Of a DNA stretch of 64,000 nt, positions 36,201 through 45,595 are shown in pieces. The stretch is taken from the NCBI GenBank assembly GCA_041641295.1, contig JBEPYO010000001.1:896001-960000 (forward strand). The letters are read 5' to 3'. The translations under genes were made by a program, and so were the position numbers. Below the pieces are notes generated by a model. The model was not told the DNA's origin. It was given only the letters and a program-made list of their open reading frames with translations, and searched no databases. The DNA comes from Nitrososphaerota archaeon. GTDB taxonomy: Archaea > Thermoproteota > Nitrososphaeria_A > Caldarchaeales > Calditenuaceae. The first letter of the stretch is position 1. Each line of letters begins with the position of its first letter.

Positions 36201-36493
36201 TTTTGTGTGTTTGTATGGCTCTTGAGATGTTTTCGGAGGATTATATTCCGTGGTTTGTGGTAGATGGGGGGAGGTGTAGAGGGTCTATTGGTCTTCTCGA
36301 GGATGTTTAGGTTTTTCTCGTCTCCTCGGATATGACCACCGCAGAATAGGTGTGTCGTCAAACTATCTCTATATAAGCCTCCCCCACTTCTTAGATGGGA
36401 TGAAGTCAGACTCGTTAAACACCAACAGGACTAGATTGTCAACCACACCCACCCGTCACAGATAGTGTCAGGATAAGGAGGGTATCGGAAGGC

Positions 36494-37057
36494 TTGATGA
36501 AGGCATACCTCGTGGCTGGGACGCCCGGCGTGGGCAAGTCCACCGTAGCATCAGGGCTAGCGGAGAGGATAGGTGCGCTTATGCTTGAGCTTAGAGAGCT
36601 GGCAGACCCCGGCGAGCTTGAAGTCCACCCCGCAAAGCTGTCTGCGAGGGCGGGCGCCAGGATTAGGAGGGCGGGCAGGGACGCGGTGATAGCCACACAC
36701 ATTATCTTCAAGCCACGCGGCATTCCTATTGGTGCTGTTATTGTTTTGAGGCGGAGCCCACTGAAGCTCTTGGAGGAGCTGAGGCTTCGAGGATACCCGG
36801 AGGAGAAGGTGCTTGAGAATGTTGAGGCAGAGCTGCTGGGCGTCGTGTATGTTGATGCGCTCCGAAAGATGGGTGAGGGGCGCGTATTCCAGATAGATAC
36901 TACTGTGAGAGGGGTTGCGGAGACTGTGGACCTAGCCTACCGGGTGCTGCGGGGTGAGTGGGGTGGTGAGGAGGTTGACTGGGTCTCGCAGCTGGAGAGG
37001 GATGGTAGCCTTCAGGGGCTCCTGTCCAAGCTCTCAGCCAGAGGTGCGAGGGCCTAG
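36494..37057 (+). CDS. AK6/Fap7-type adenylate kinase
   Basis: GTPGVGKST, His-containing Walker B (VIATH), LRLRGYPEEKVLENVEAE and VDW. Confidence 0.88.
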   Translation: MMKAYLVAGTPGVGKSTVASGLAERIGALMLELRELADPGELEVHPAKLSARAGARIRRAGRDAVIATHIIFKPRGIPIGAVIVLRRSPLKLLEELRLRGYPEEKVLENVEAELLGVVYVDALRKMGEGRVFQIDTTVRGVAETVDLAYRVLRGEWGGEEVDWVSQLERDGSLQGLLSKLSARGARA

Positions 37058-38100
37058 AGGCTGTCGAATATCTTCACGGCCTCCCTCGCAATGGCGTCGG
37101 CCATCTCCAGCGTGCTTGCGTTGCCGTTAAGGTCGTAGGTTACAGTCTTCCCCTCCTCAATCACCTTCTCCGTCGCGGCGAAGATGCTCTTAGCGTATCT
37201 ATGGTAGCCGAGGTAGTCTAGCATCCAGGCAGCCGAGAGGATTGTTGCTGTGGGGTTGACCTTGTAGAGGCCCTTATACTTGGGAGCGCTCCCATGTGCA
37301 GGCTCAAACATCGCGTATCTATCCCCAATGTTCGCTGAGTATACGAGGCCTATGTTCCCTATCAGTGAGGAGGAGAGCTCCGAGATAACGTCCATGAAGA
37401 GGTTCGTGCTTAGGAGAACAGTCTGGTTAAACCTCTGGGGATTCTTGACCAGCTGCTGAGCCATATTATCTATGTAGTATTCCTCGAGCTCGATTCCCGG
37501 GAACTCTTTAGACACCGCCTCGACGCTGTTCCAGAAGACCGAGTCCGTCAGCCTCAGTATGTTACGCTTCGTGATGGCGATGACCTTCTTGTATCCTCGG
37601 TTGACAGCCTCTCTGAACGCGACCCGCGCAATCCTCTCCGAGCCCCTCCTCGTTATCTTCCTGATGGCTATCGCCGTGTCCTGGTCAAGCATGACCTCAG
37701 CCCCTATGTAGAGGCCCTCAGTCGCCTCCCTGACGCATAGAAAGTCCACCTCCCCGAGCGGGCCAACCCTCCCCTTGAACGTCTTAATCGGTCTCAGGTT
37801 GGCGTAGAGATCCATCCTCCTCCTAATGTTTACTGCCACGCTTCCAGGTGCGTTGGGGTCTGGAGGGGTCGTGGTCGGGGCCTTGAGACACGCGTCACTG
37901 TTCATAATGGCCTCCCAAGTCTCAGGCGGTATAAGGTTAGGGAGGTTGGGCTTCCCGGCTGAGAGCCACCACTCATACCCCGCCTCACACCGCACAACCT
38001 CAATATCAGGGCGGAGAGCATCTATGACACGAAGCGCAGCCTCGGCAAGCTCTGGACCAGTCCCATCACCATTAATAACAACAACCCGCTTCCTGGCCAT
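37054..38100 (-). CDS. Isocitrate/isopropylmalate dehydrogenase family protein
   Basis: GDGTGPE, DLYANLRP, REATEGLY, KRNIL, NLFMDVISE and FEPAHGSAP. Confidence 0.92.
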   Translation of the reverse strand: MARKRVVVINGDGTGPELAEAALRVIDALRPDIEVVRCEAGYEWWLSAGKPNLPNLIPPETWEAIMNSDACLKAPTTTPPDPNAPGSVAVNIRRRMDLYANLRPIKTFKGRVGPLGEVDFLCVREATEGLYIGAEVMLDQDTAIAIRKITRRGSERIARVAFREAVNRGYKKVIAITKRNILRLTDSVFWNSVEAVSKEFPGIELEEYYIDNMAQQLVKNPQRFNQTVLLSTNLFMDVISELSSSLIGNIGLVYSANIGDRYAMFEPAHGSAPKYKGLYKVNPTATILSAAWMLDYLGYHRYAKSIFAATEKVIEEGKTVTYDLNGNASTLEMADAIAREAVKIFDSL

Positions 38101-38144
38101 TCAGCTCAACATTAGAACCCTTCTTAACTAATTTTTCTCCGCGG

Positions 38145-39425
38145 CTAGGCCTTCGGCTTTAGAACGGTCCTCCCCCTCATGTAGGGCTGGAGGACCTCAG
38201 GAATCTCAACCGAGCCATCCCTCCTCTGATAATTCTCCAATATCGCAACAATAGTCCTCTCCGTGGCTATGGCCGTGCTGTTGAGTGTGTGGACATATTT
38301 AGTCTCCTCGACGTGGGGTGCCTCCCTATACCTGATCCTAAGCCTCCTAGCCTGGTAGTCCGTGCAGTTGCTGCAGGAGACAACCTCGCGGTATCTCCCC
38401 TGAGCAGGCATCCAAACCTCCAAGTCATACTTCTTGGCCGCTATGGGTCCCAGCTCCCCGACACAGATGTTAACAACCCTGTAGGGCAGGCCGAGCGACC
38501 TGTAGAGCTCCTCAGCATTACTGATCAAGAACTCATGCTCCTCCCAGGACTGGTCCTCCCTGCAGAAGCTGAACTGCTCTACCTTCTCAAACTGGTGAAC
38601 CCTGAATATACCCTTAGTATCCTTGCCGTGGGCACCCGCCTCCTTCCTGAAGCACGGGCTCACACCAGCGTACCTCAAGGGAAGGATCCTTCCGTCGAGT
38701 ATTTCATCGGCGTGTAGGCCCGCTATTGCGTGCTCAGCGGTGCCTATGAGGTAGAGGTCCTCCCCCTCAATCTTGTAAATCATGTCCTCAAAGTCCTTCA
38801 GCGAAATTGCACCCGCTAGTATATCCCTCCTGATCATGTAGGGTGGTTGGATGATCCTGAAGCCCTTGGCGGCTAGGAAGTCGAGTGCGTAGTTTATGAG
38901 TGCTAGGTTCAGGAGGACGATATCGTCGAGAAGGTAGTAGAATCTGGCCCCCGCCACCTTTGCAGCACGCTCCAGATCGGCCATGGCTAAAATGTTGAGG
39001 AGGTCGACGTGGTCTCGCAGATAGTCATCCGAGCGCGGCTCCCCCCAACTCCTAACCACGACATTATCCTCCTCAGAGGTCCCATCTGGTACAGACTCGT
39101 GGGGGATGTTAGGCAGGTTGAAGAGAGTGTCTCTCAGGAAGCCCTCCACCTCCTCCAACTCCTTCTCCAGCCTCTCAATCTCGACGCCGATCTGGCTGCT
39201 CCTCGCCCTCAACTCTTCAACCCTAGCCTCGTCGCCTCTAGCCTTCCCTATCTCGGCCGCGATCCTGTTCCTCTCATGTCTCAGCTCCTGCAGGCGCTTT
39301 ATCAAAGCCCTCCTAGCCGCATCCCTCTCAATGATAGTATCCACTATCGAGGGGTCGATGCCCCTCCTCGCCAGTCCGGCCTTGAAATAATCAGGTCTCT
39401 GCCGGATCTGCTTAATGTCTAGCAA
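38145..39425 (-). CDS. serS: Seryl-tRNA synthetase
   Basis: LDIK..R, LPN.PH, LIGTAE, CFRKEAG, RVHQFEKVE, EVVSCSNCTDYQ and HTLNST. Start reset to TTG 39425, about 26 nt below TTAAATA. Confidence 0.96.
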   Translation of the reverse strand: MLDIKQIRQRPDYFKAGLARRGIDPSIVDTIIERDAARRALIKRLQELRHERNRIAAEIGKARGDEARVEELRARSSQIGVEIERLEKELEEVEGFLRDTLFNLPNIPHESVPDGTSEEDNVVVRSWGEPRSDDYLRDHVDLLNILAMADLERAAKVAGARFYYLLDDIVLLNLALINYALDFLAAKGFRIIQPPYMIRRDILAGAISLKDFEDMIYKIEGEDLYLIGTAEHAIAGLHADEILDGRILPLRYAGVSPCFRKEAGAHGKDTKGIFRVHQFEKVEQFSFCREDQSWEEHEFLISNAEELYRSLGLPYRVVNICVGELGPIAAKKYDLEVWMPAQGRYREVVSCSNCTDYQARRLRIRYREAPHVEETKYVHTLNSTAIATERTIVAILENYQRRDGSVEIPEVLQPYMRGRTVLKPKA

Positions 39426-39453
39426 CCCTAAGAGACTGTCGGTCCAGCTGTAT

Positions 39454-39996
39454 TTAACATAGTTCCGCCTCTCCGCGGAGTAGGCTCCTGAGGCCTGGGT
39501 CTCTGATCTCTTGGAGTGCTGACCGGGTAAACTCCTCTGCCAAGCCCTTCGCAGCCCTCCCCTCTCTCTCATAGGCTATGGCCTGAAGCGCCATCTCCAG
39601 CTTGTCCAGCTGTTTGACAAGCCTCGCCTCCTCGCTCGACTGAAAAGCATACTCGTTGTATAGCTGAAGTATGAGGGCGCCGACTCCCGATGGGACTTTC
39701 TCAGCTATCCTCTTCATGGCTTCCTTTTCTGCTTCCACGTAGTCCATGTTCGACCTCTTCTCGCTGGGGGGTATGTCCCCTGTCACAGCCTCTGCGAGGT
39801 CGTGAACTATTGCTATCGCGGCTGTTTTGAACGGGTCTAGGCCCCGCTCCGCTGCGAGGAGCATCGAGAGTAGTGCGAGGCTGTAGGAGTGGTCGGCTAC
39901 GGATTCAGGCTCCCTGACACCCCTCCTAACCCAGCCCTCCCTCCTCAACCCCTTAAGCGCCGCAGCCAGCCCAAAGATGGTGGCTACCCAGCTCAC
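39454..39996 (-). CDS. HD-domain hydrolase (5'-deoxynucleotidase YfbR/HDDC2-like)
   Basis: R.GW, ESVADHS, VHDLAEA.TGDI and VKQLDKLEM. Confidence 0.9.
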   Translation of the reverse strand: MSWVATIFGLAAALKGLRREGWVRRGVREPESVADHSYSLALLSMLLAAERGLDPFKTAAIAIVHDLAEAVTGDIPPSEKRSNMDYVEAEKEAMKRIAEKVPSGVGALILQLYNEYAFQSSEEARLVKQLDKLEMALQAIAYEREGRAAKGLAEEFTRSALQEIRDPGLRSLLRGEAELC

Positions 39997-40002
39997 TCCA
40001 CA

Positions 40003-40155
40003 TTAACCTCTCTCCACACCCTCACTGGCTCTCAGCTCACTCTCGCTCAGCATTCTGGAGGGCGGGTGTGGATTGACTAGGTCTCCGCCGCATACTGGGC
40101 ACTTGTCTGTCCGTAACGTGTAGCGCCAGCAGACCGCGCATCTCCGAAGCCTCAT
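40003..40155 (-). CDS. nop10: Nop10 H/ACA RNP protein, 50 aa (not in the ORF track)
   Basis: Hand translation MRLRRCAVCWRYTLRTDKCPVCGGDLVNPHPPSRMLSESELRASEGVERG*. Cys4 ribbon, YTL and HPP motifs; ATGA overlap with aIF2-alpha, the canonical synteny. Confidence 0.9.
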   Translation of the reverse strand: MRLRRCAVCWRYTLRTDKCPVCGGDLVNPHPPSRMLSESELRASEGVERG

Positions 40156-40955
40156 TTCTTCTCCTCTTCAATTGCTGCTACGCCGCCGTGTTCCGACATG
40201 ATCTGCGCCATCCTGTTCAGCGCCTGTTGTTTAAGCTCTTCCACCCGCTCAGGTGTTGCAGCCTCGACCCTCAAGAGATACCTCGGCGGGCCTACCACCG
40301 TTATTGATAGCTTCTCGCCGCTCCCTGCAAGGTTCATCGCCTCTTGGGCCGCCCTCCTGATAACTTCAACACCACTCCTCCCGGCATAGAGCCTGACAAA
40401 TACTTTCGAGACGCTCACTGTCTTCTTGATCTCTTTCCTACAGAGCTCGACTAGGGCGTCCTTAACCTCTTTTGGAAGGTTCACCCACTGGGGCACCTCG
40501 TCCCCAGAGGCTATGTCCTCCATAAGCCCATACAGGTCTACGTGCCTCTCGGCCGCGGGCTTGACCAGCCCCTCCTCTATCACCGTCTTGTCAACACCTG
40601 TCTTCTCTGCCAGGATTGAGAGCATCTTAGAGACCTTCACGACCCTGTTCCACTCAGCCATCTTCTCAGCCCTCTCCTTCAGCGTAACCCGCCTCAGCGA
40701 AACATCGACCTGGAGGTTCTCAGGCGAGCTCCTAACCACCCTGAAGACCGTCCTCTGACCCTCCCTCAGATAGTCCCTGATGTTTCGCACCCACTTCATC
40801 GAGATCTCCGAGAGTGGGACGAATGCCTCTAGCCCATCATACTCCTCGAGTCTAACATTAACCCCATGCCTCATCACCCTAGTGACCGTCCCTATGACCA
40901 GCTCTCCCTGTTGAGGAAACCTCTTAACGCTCACTCCCTCAACACCACCCTTCAA
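40152..40955 (-). CDS. eif2a: Translation initiation factor aIF2 alpha subunit
   Basis: FP..GELVIGTV S1 domain, SEISMKWVRNIRD, VDVSLRRV and GPPRY. Confidence 0.95.
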   Translation of the reverse strand: MKGGVEGVSVKRFPQQGELVIGTVTRVMRHGVNVRLEEYDGLEAFVPLSEISMKWVRNIRDYLREGQRTVFRVVRSSPENLQVDVSLRRVTLKERAEKMAEWNRVVKVSKMLSILAEKTGVDKTVIEEGLVKPAAERHVDLYGLMEDIASGDEVPQWVNLPKEVKDALVELCRKEIKKTVSVSKVFVRLYAGRSGVEVIRRAAQEAMNLAGSGEKLSITVVGPPRYLLRVEAATPERVEELKQQALNRMAQIMSEHGGVAAIEEEKK

Positions 40956-40973
40956 TTAGGAGACCCTAGGCTT

Positions 40974-42209
40974 TTAGCCCTTCGACCCCAGGCCGCGCCC
41001 CAGCCTCATGTGTGCCTTGACGAGGTGGTGTGCTGCAAGTGCAGCGACGAGTGATACCTCACCAGCCAAGACGGTTGCAGCCACTATTTCCGCCATCTTC
41101 AGCGCGTTGGCTCCCACAGGGTCGCCCGGCCCCGCCACACCCATCAACTCCAAGGCCGCTCTCTGTGCCGGCAGCCAAGTCCCTCCGCCGACCGTCCCAA
41201 GCTCTAGGCTGGGAAGCGTGACTGAGACGTAGACCCCCTCCTCGAGAGCCTCAACCATCGTGAGGCAGAAGCTTGACTCGACGACTTGGGCCGGATCTTG
41301 GCCGGTTGCGAGGAATATCGCTGCGATTACGTTTGCAGCATGGGCGTTGAAGCCTCCGAGCACCCCAGCCCTAGCCGAGCCCAGGTAAAACTTTGTCATC
41401 GCAACCTTCTCCATCGCCTCGGGTGTCGTCTTGAGTCTTTCTTCAACAATCCTCCGCGGAATCGTGACCTCAGCCGTTACCGTCTTCCCCCGACCCAGTA
41501 TCCAGTTGACCGCCGCCGCCTTCTTATCCGTGCAGAGGTTCCCGCTCAGGGCTATGTGTCTGGCCCAAGGGTTGGCCTCCACTATTTTCTCGGCCACGCG
41601 CTCCGCCCCCCGGGTTACCATGTTCATGCCCATGGCGTCGCCTGTCCTAGCCTCTATCCTGAGAAAGAGGTATCTTCCTACGACGAATGGCTTTAGGTCG
41701 AGCATCTCGCCGTGGCGCGTTGTCTCGCCGAACGCCTCCTTGAGCCTCTCCTGCTCCCTCCTCACCCAGCCTGCAAGCTCCACACTATGCTTCACGCTGG
41801 GCGTCTCGAAGACGGGCGCTCTGGTCATCGCGTCGGCGACGACAGCTGCACTGGCGCCCCCAGCCTCCCTCACAGCGGCGCAACCTCTGTTCACACTGGC
41901 GACCAGAGCGCCCTCGGTCGTGGCGAGGGGGACATAGTATTCGCCGCGAGCGTATGTGCCCTCGACCTTTATGGGCCCAGCAACGCCTACAGGAATGCTC
42001 ACAGCGCCGATCGTGTTCTCGCAGTTCCTCCCTACTATCTGGTCGAAGGGAAGGTCTGACTTGAGTGCCGAGAGGTCCTTACCCAGCCTCTTCTCTAGAA
42101 ACCTCCTCCTAGCCTCCGTCGCCTTCACACTGCTTCCGAGAAGCTCGTCCAGCTTGTAGAGGGCGATCTCCCCCCTCTCAAGCGCTTCCTCTACATCCAT
42201 ACCCCACAC
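40974..42209 (-). CDS. hmgA: Class I (NADPH) HMG-CoA reductase
   Basis: CENTIG, PLATTEGALVAS, TGDAMGMNM, SGNLCTDKK, TGQD, GTVGGGT and LVKAH. Confidence 0.96.
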   Translation of the reverse strand: MWGMDVEEALERGEIALYKLDELLGSSVKATEARRRFLEKRLGKDLSALKSDLPFDQIVGRNCENTIGAVSIPVGVAGPIKVEGTYARGEYYVPLATTEGALVASVNRGCAAVREAGGASAAVVADAMTRAPVFETPSVKHSVELAGWVRREQERLKEAFGETTRHGEMLDLKPFVVGRYLFLRIEARTGDAMGMNMVTRGAERVAEKIVEANPWARHIALSGNLCTDKKAAAVNWILGRGKTVTAEVTIPRRIVEERLKTTPEAMEKVAMTKFYLGSARAGVLGGFNAHAANVIAAIFLATGQDPAQVVESSFCLTMVEALEEGVYVSVTLPSLELGTVGGGTWLPAQRAALELMGVAGPGDPVGANALKMAEIVAATVLAGEVSLVAALAAHHLVKAHMRLGRGLGSKG

Positions 42210-42232
42210 ATCCTGCCCGGCGCGGCTTATAG

Positions 42233-43831
42233 TTATGCCGGGTCAACGTCGTCTATGGGCCGCCCCTTCTTCTCAAACTGCCTCTGATACAGGGTCCTGA
42301 GGCGTTGGAGTGTGTCGACCTCTAGTGGACCTTTGTCGCTCCTTATTCTGACTATCCTGGCGAACCTGAGGGCGAGGCCACTCTCGTAGTGTGGGCTCTT
42401 CTGAATCTCGTTGTAGGCGACCTCGACGACTATCTCGGGCCTAACCGTGACTCCCCACTCTGTCTCACCCGTCTTTATCGAGAGGAGCCGCTCAGTCATT
42501 TGTTGGAATTCCTCATCTGTCAGACCCTTAAACGTCTTCCCCACGACGGCGAAGCTGCCTGTCTCCTCGTCGAGGACGGCGAGGTGGTAGTTGCTCAGCC
42601 ACCCCTTCCTCCTGCCATGCCCCCACTCCGCCGCGACTATCACCACGTCGAGCCTATCGGCTGGCTTCAGCTTAAGCCACTTAGCCCCCCTCCTCCCCGG
42701 TGTGTAGATGCTCCTAAGATCCTTCGCAACGACTCCCTCATGCCCCTGCTCCAAAACCCGTTTCAGGAACTCTTCTGCGGTGGCCGGGTCTCTAACCACG
42801 AGGCGGGGAGCGAGTATGTCCTGCTTGACGATTGACTCAAGCCTCCTACGCCTCTCCTCGTAGGGCTTGTCTATCAGGACCTCGCCGTCGATGTATAGCG
42901 CGTCGAATATCCAGAGCTTCAGTGGCAGCCTCCTAACTGCCTCCAGCACATCCCTCTCCCTGCCAACCCTCCGCATGGTCTCTTGGAATGGCATGGCCCT
43001 GCCTGTCTCGTCTACGGCTACAACCTCGCCGTCAAGAACAGCTGAGCCCGCAGACACAGCCCCGCGGACAATCTCCACAACGTCCGGAACCCTCTCGGTA
43101 ATATCGGTTAGGCGCCGGGTATAGATCCTGACCCTCTGGCCCTCCAAGTGTATCTGCACCCTAACGCCGTCGTATTTCGGCTCTAAGCTAGTTACGCCCC
43201 CGTGAATTGTAATAGCATCCTCGACCCTGTCGCACATCTCCGCGAGCATCGGTCTCACCGGCTGGAAGAGACGGAGCTCGACGCCCCTTAGCTCACCGGC
43301 GACGGCCAGCCTCACGAGCTCGCCGATATCGTTCACAAGCATGTCCACCCTCCTCACAAACTCTGGGTCCGCCCCGGTCATGAATGCGACAGCCTCGAGC
43401 ATCAAGCCGTGGTTAACGCCGTGCCTCATCTCGCCTGAGAGAATTCTCAAAACCCATTCAAGCTCATCCCTACTACACCTCTGGAAGATGGACTGTAGGA
43501 CAGCCACCCTCCTAGCCCGCGAGCCAGACCCCTCCATCGAGGCTATGGCCCTGAGCGAGGACCACAGGTCTTGGAGCGTGAGAGGCTCCTGAACGAGGGT
43601 CGAGGTTGGCCTCTGGTTGAGCGCCTCACTGATGGTTGACCAGCCGACACTCAGCGGCCTCCTCCCCCTGACATCTGGCGGCAGACCAAGCAGGAGATAC
43701 GTAGCTATCTTCGCGTCCCCTGGCGACAGCCTCCTCAGATACTCAGAGAGAAGCCTAACCTTTGCATTCCTACTACTCGTCGCCTCGAGAGACCTGCAAA
43801 GCTCCGCAAGCTCGCTGAAACTGGAGCCCAC
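42233..43831 (-). CDS. lig: ATP-dependent DNA ligase
   Basis: PMLA, motif I EPKYDG, LDGE, FDAL, EGVVAK, WLKLK and LRFAR. Confidence 0.95.
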   Translation of the reverse strand: MGSSFSELAELCRSLEATSSRNAKVRLLSEYLRRLSPGDAKIATYLLLGLPPDVRGRRPLSVGWSTISEALNQRPTSTLVQEPLTLQDLWSSLRAIASMEGSGSRARRVAVLQSIFQRCSRDELEWVLRILSGEMRHGVNHGLMLEAVAFMTGADPEFVRRVDMLVNDIGELVRLAVAGELRGVELRLFQPVRPMLAEMCDRVEDAITIHGGVTSLEPKYDGVRVQIHLEGQRVRIYTRRLTDITERVPDVVEIVRGAVSAGSAVLDGEVVAVDETGRAMPFQETMRRVGRERDVLEAVRRLPLKLWIFDALYIDGEVLIDKPYEERRRRLESIVKQDILAPRLVVRDPATAEEFLKRVLEQGHEGVVAKDLRSIYTPGRRGAKWLKLKPADRLDVVIVAAEWGHGRRKGWLSNYHLAVLDEETGSFAVVGKTFKGLTDEEFQQMTERLLSIKTGETEWGVTVRPEIVVEVAYNEIQKSPHYESGLALRFARIVRIRSDKGPLEVDTLQRLRTLYQRQFEKKGRPIDDVDPA

Positions 43832-43966
43832 CAGCCACTAGAATGGGCCCCGCCGCTATTATACAGGCTCTCCCCTCCAGCCCCCACCCCATCCCCCAGG
43901 TGATACCCGCCGTGGATGGGAAGGGATAGTCTTTTATCACCCCGTGATGCGGGTTTATGGCAGTGG

Positions 43967-44470
43967 TTGGTTAGACCAGAGACGGCCCCGCGCGATATAG
44001 GCGTCGTCATCAGGCCAGTTAGGGAGGAGGAGATTCTAACAATCATGAACATCAACAGGATATGCCTCCCAGAGAACTACTCTTACTCCTTCTTCTACTC
44101 CATCTTCAAGAGTAATCCTGAGAGCTTCCTAGTAGCGGATGTGGAAGGAGTAATCGCGGGTTATGTCATGTGTAGGGTCGAGTGGGGAGGCTCCAAGATA
44201 GATACGCTGAGGCTTCGCAAGCTGGGGCACATAGTCTCGATTGCAGTGTTGCCAGAGTTTCGCAGGAGAGGTATTGGGAGGGCGCTTATGCTGGAGGCGC
44301 TCAACGTGTTGAGAAACGTCTACGGGTGCGACGAGGTCTACCTAGAGGTGCGGGTAACCAACACCCAGGCAATAAACCTCTACTACTCTCTCGGATTCAA
44401 AGTAACGCGGGTCGCCAAAAACTACTATATCGATGGAGAAGACGCATATGTCATGGCCCTCAAATTCTAG
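43967..44470 (+). CDS. rimI: N-terminal acetyltransferase (RimI/Ard1-type GNAT)
   Basis: INRICLPENY, GHIVSIAV..E.RRRGIG, LEVRVTN..A..LY and YY.DGEDAY. Start assigned to TTG 43967. Confidence 0.92.
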   Translation: MVRPETAPRDIGVVIRPVREEEILTIMNINRICLPENYSYSFFYSIFKSNPESFLVADVEGVIAGYVMCRVEWGGSKIDTLRLRKLGHIVSIAVLPEFRRRGIGRALMLEALNVLRNVYGCDEVYLEVRVTNTQAINLYYSLGFKVTRVAKNYYIDGEDAYVMALKF

Positions 44471-44790
44471 AAAGGCCCGAGCCCATGCTCCTTAACCCTG
44501 AGGACAAGCACGCTCACATGGTTGGGCTCAAGCGACACACTGTCCCCGAATGAATACTTCCCCGACACTCTGTCAACATGAATGTACCGTCCACCGGGTG
44601 GCGCCGCATCCTTCACGTAGTAGACTATGAAGCCCCCTAGCACACCCCCCGTTACAATGAAATAAGCCCTATCAGATTCCGAGTAGTTCAGGAGGGAGAG
44701 AGGAAGAGATGATGCCAGAAGAACAATATCCGTCAGGCTCTCCAGCAATACCTTGATGACGGTCGGCCGCGGCTCTCCAGCTCCTGCCAT
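44467..44790 (-). CDS. Small hypothetical protein resembling uncharacterised crenarchaeal-type proteins
   Basis: ATG 44790, beta-rich globular sequence, fills the gap between genes. Family resemblance is from memory only. Confidence 0.65.
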   Translation of the reverse strand: MAGAGEPRPTVIKVLLESLTDIVLLASSLPLSLLNYSESDRAYFIVTGGVLGGFIVYYVKDAAPPGGRYIHVDRVSGKYSFGDSVSLEPNHVSVLVLRVKEHGLGPF

Positions 44791-44839
44791 ACTTAGACTC
44801 GTCCCCTCTCCAGATAAAAACGTTGAGCCGCTAGCGGAT

Positions 44840-45565
44840 TCAACCCTTAGCCCCGGCTCCACCAATGCTGGTCAGAAACTTCTCAACCTCTTCTAAATCT
44901 TTGTGGGTCTCTATGCTCTTCCAGAAGACATTACTGAATGGAACCGCCCTCAGCCTGCCCAGAGATGAGAGCTTGGGCAGGACGTCTATCTCGAGAGAGC
45001 CGCGCTCAGGCAGAAAATCGAAGATCTCACCAGTAAACCCGTAGACCCCAGCGTTTATCCAGTAGTCCTGAATTACCGGCTTCTCCCTAAACTCTTGCAC
45101 CAGATGTGTCTTTGGGTCGAACTTGACTATGCCGTAAATGGAGGGCAGGGGGACGAGGCTTATGGCGCCAACCGCGTCTCCAAGAGCCTCCATGGTCATC
45201 ACTGGGTTGATATTGGTTATTATGTCGCCGTTAATCACGAGTATCCTATCCTCACCGCTGCAAAGCCTCTCAGCATTCTTCAACCCGCCGGCCGTGCCTA
45301 GCAGCTCCTTCTCAATGGAGTAGTGTATCTCGACCCCCATGCTGGAGCCGTCTCCGAACTTCTCAACAAACTTCTCGGCAAGATAGCCCACGCAGAAGAC
45401 TATCCGCTTAAACCCATGCCTGATGAGCCACTCGAGCTGCCACTCAGCAATCACCTTCCCACCAACCTCTATGAGGGGTTTAGGAGTCTTGTCAGTCAAG
45501 GGTCTTAAACGCTTCCCCAAACCACCTGCGAGGATGAGAGCTATCAACCGCTCATCAACCTTCAA
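44840..45565 (-). CDS. Sugar-1-phosphate nucleotidyltransferase (NTP_transferase domain only)
   Basis: LAGGLGKRLRPLT..PKPL, LGTAG, NGDI, EKP and INAGVY. Confidence 0.9.
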   Translation of the reverse strand: MKVDERLIALILAGGLGKRLRPLTDKTPKPLIEVGGKVIAEWQLEWLIRHGFKRIVFCVGYLAEKFVEKFGDGSSMGVEIHYSIEKELLGTAGGLKNAERLCSGEDRILVINGDIITNINPVMTMEALGDAVGAISLVPLPSIYGIVKFDPKTHLVQEFREKPVIQDYWINAGVYGFTGEIFDFLPERGSLEIDVLPKLSSLGRLRAVPFSNVFWKSIETHKDLEEVEKFLTSIGGAGAKG

Positions 45566-45595
45566 AAGCCCTATGGGCCTCGTCGTAAAGAATCT

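Noticed and set aside
36167-36361. 64-aa minus-strand ORF at the island edge
   Set aside because: No recognisable motif. It may be a decayed remnant but cannot be supported.
39426-39572. Apparent 49-aa N-terminal extension of SerRS
   Set aside because: It overlaps the HD gene. A TTG at 39425 with a TATA box about 26 nt upstream gives the canonical MLDIK start.
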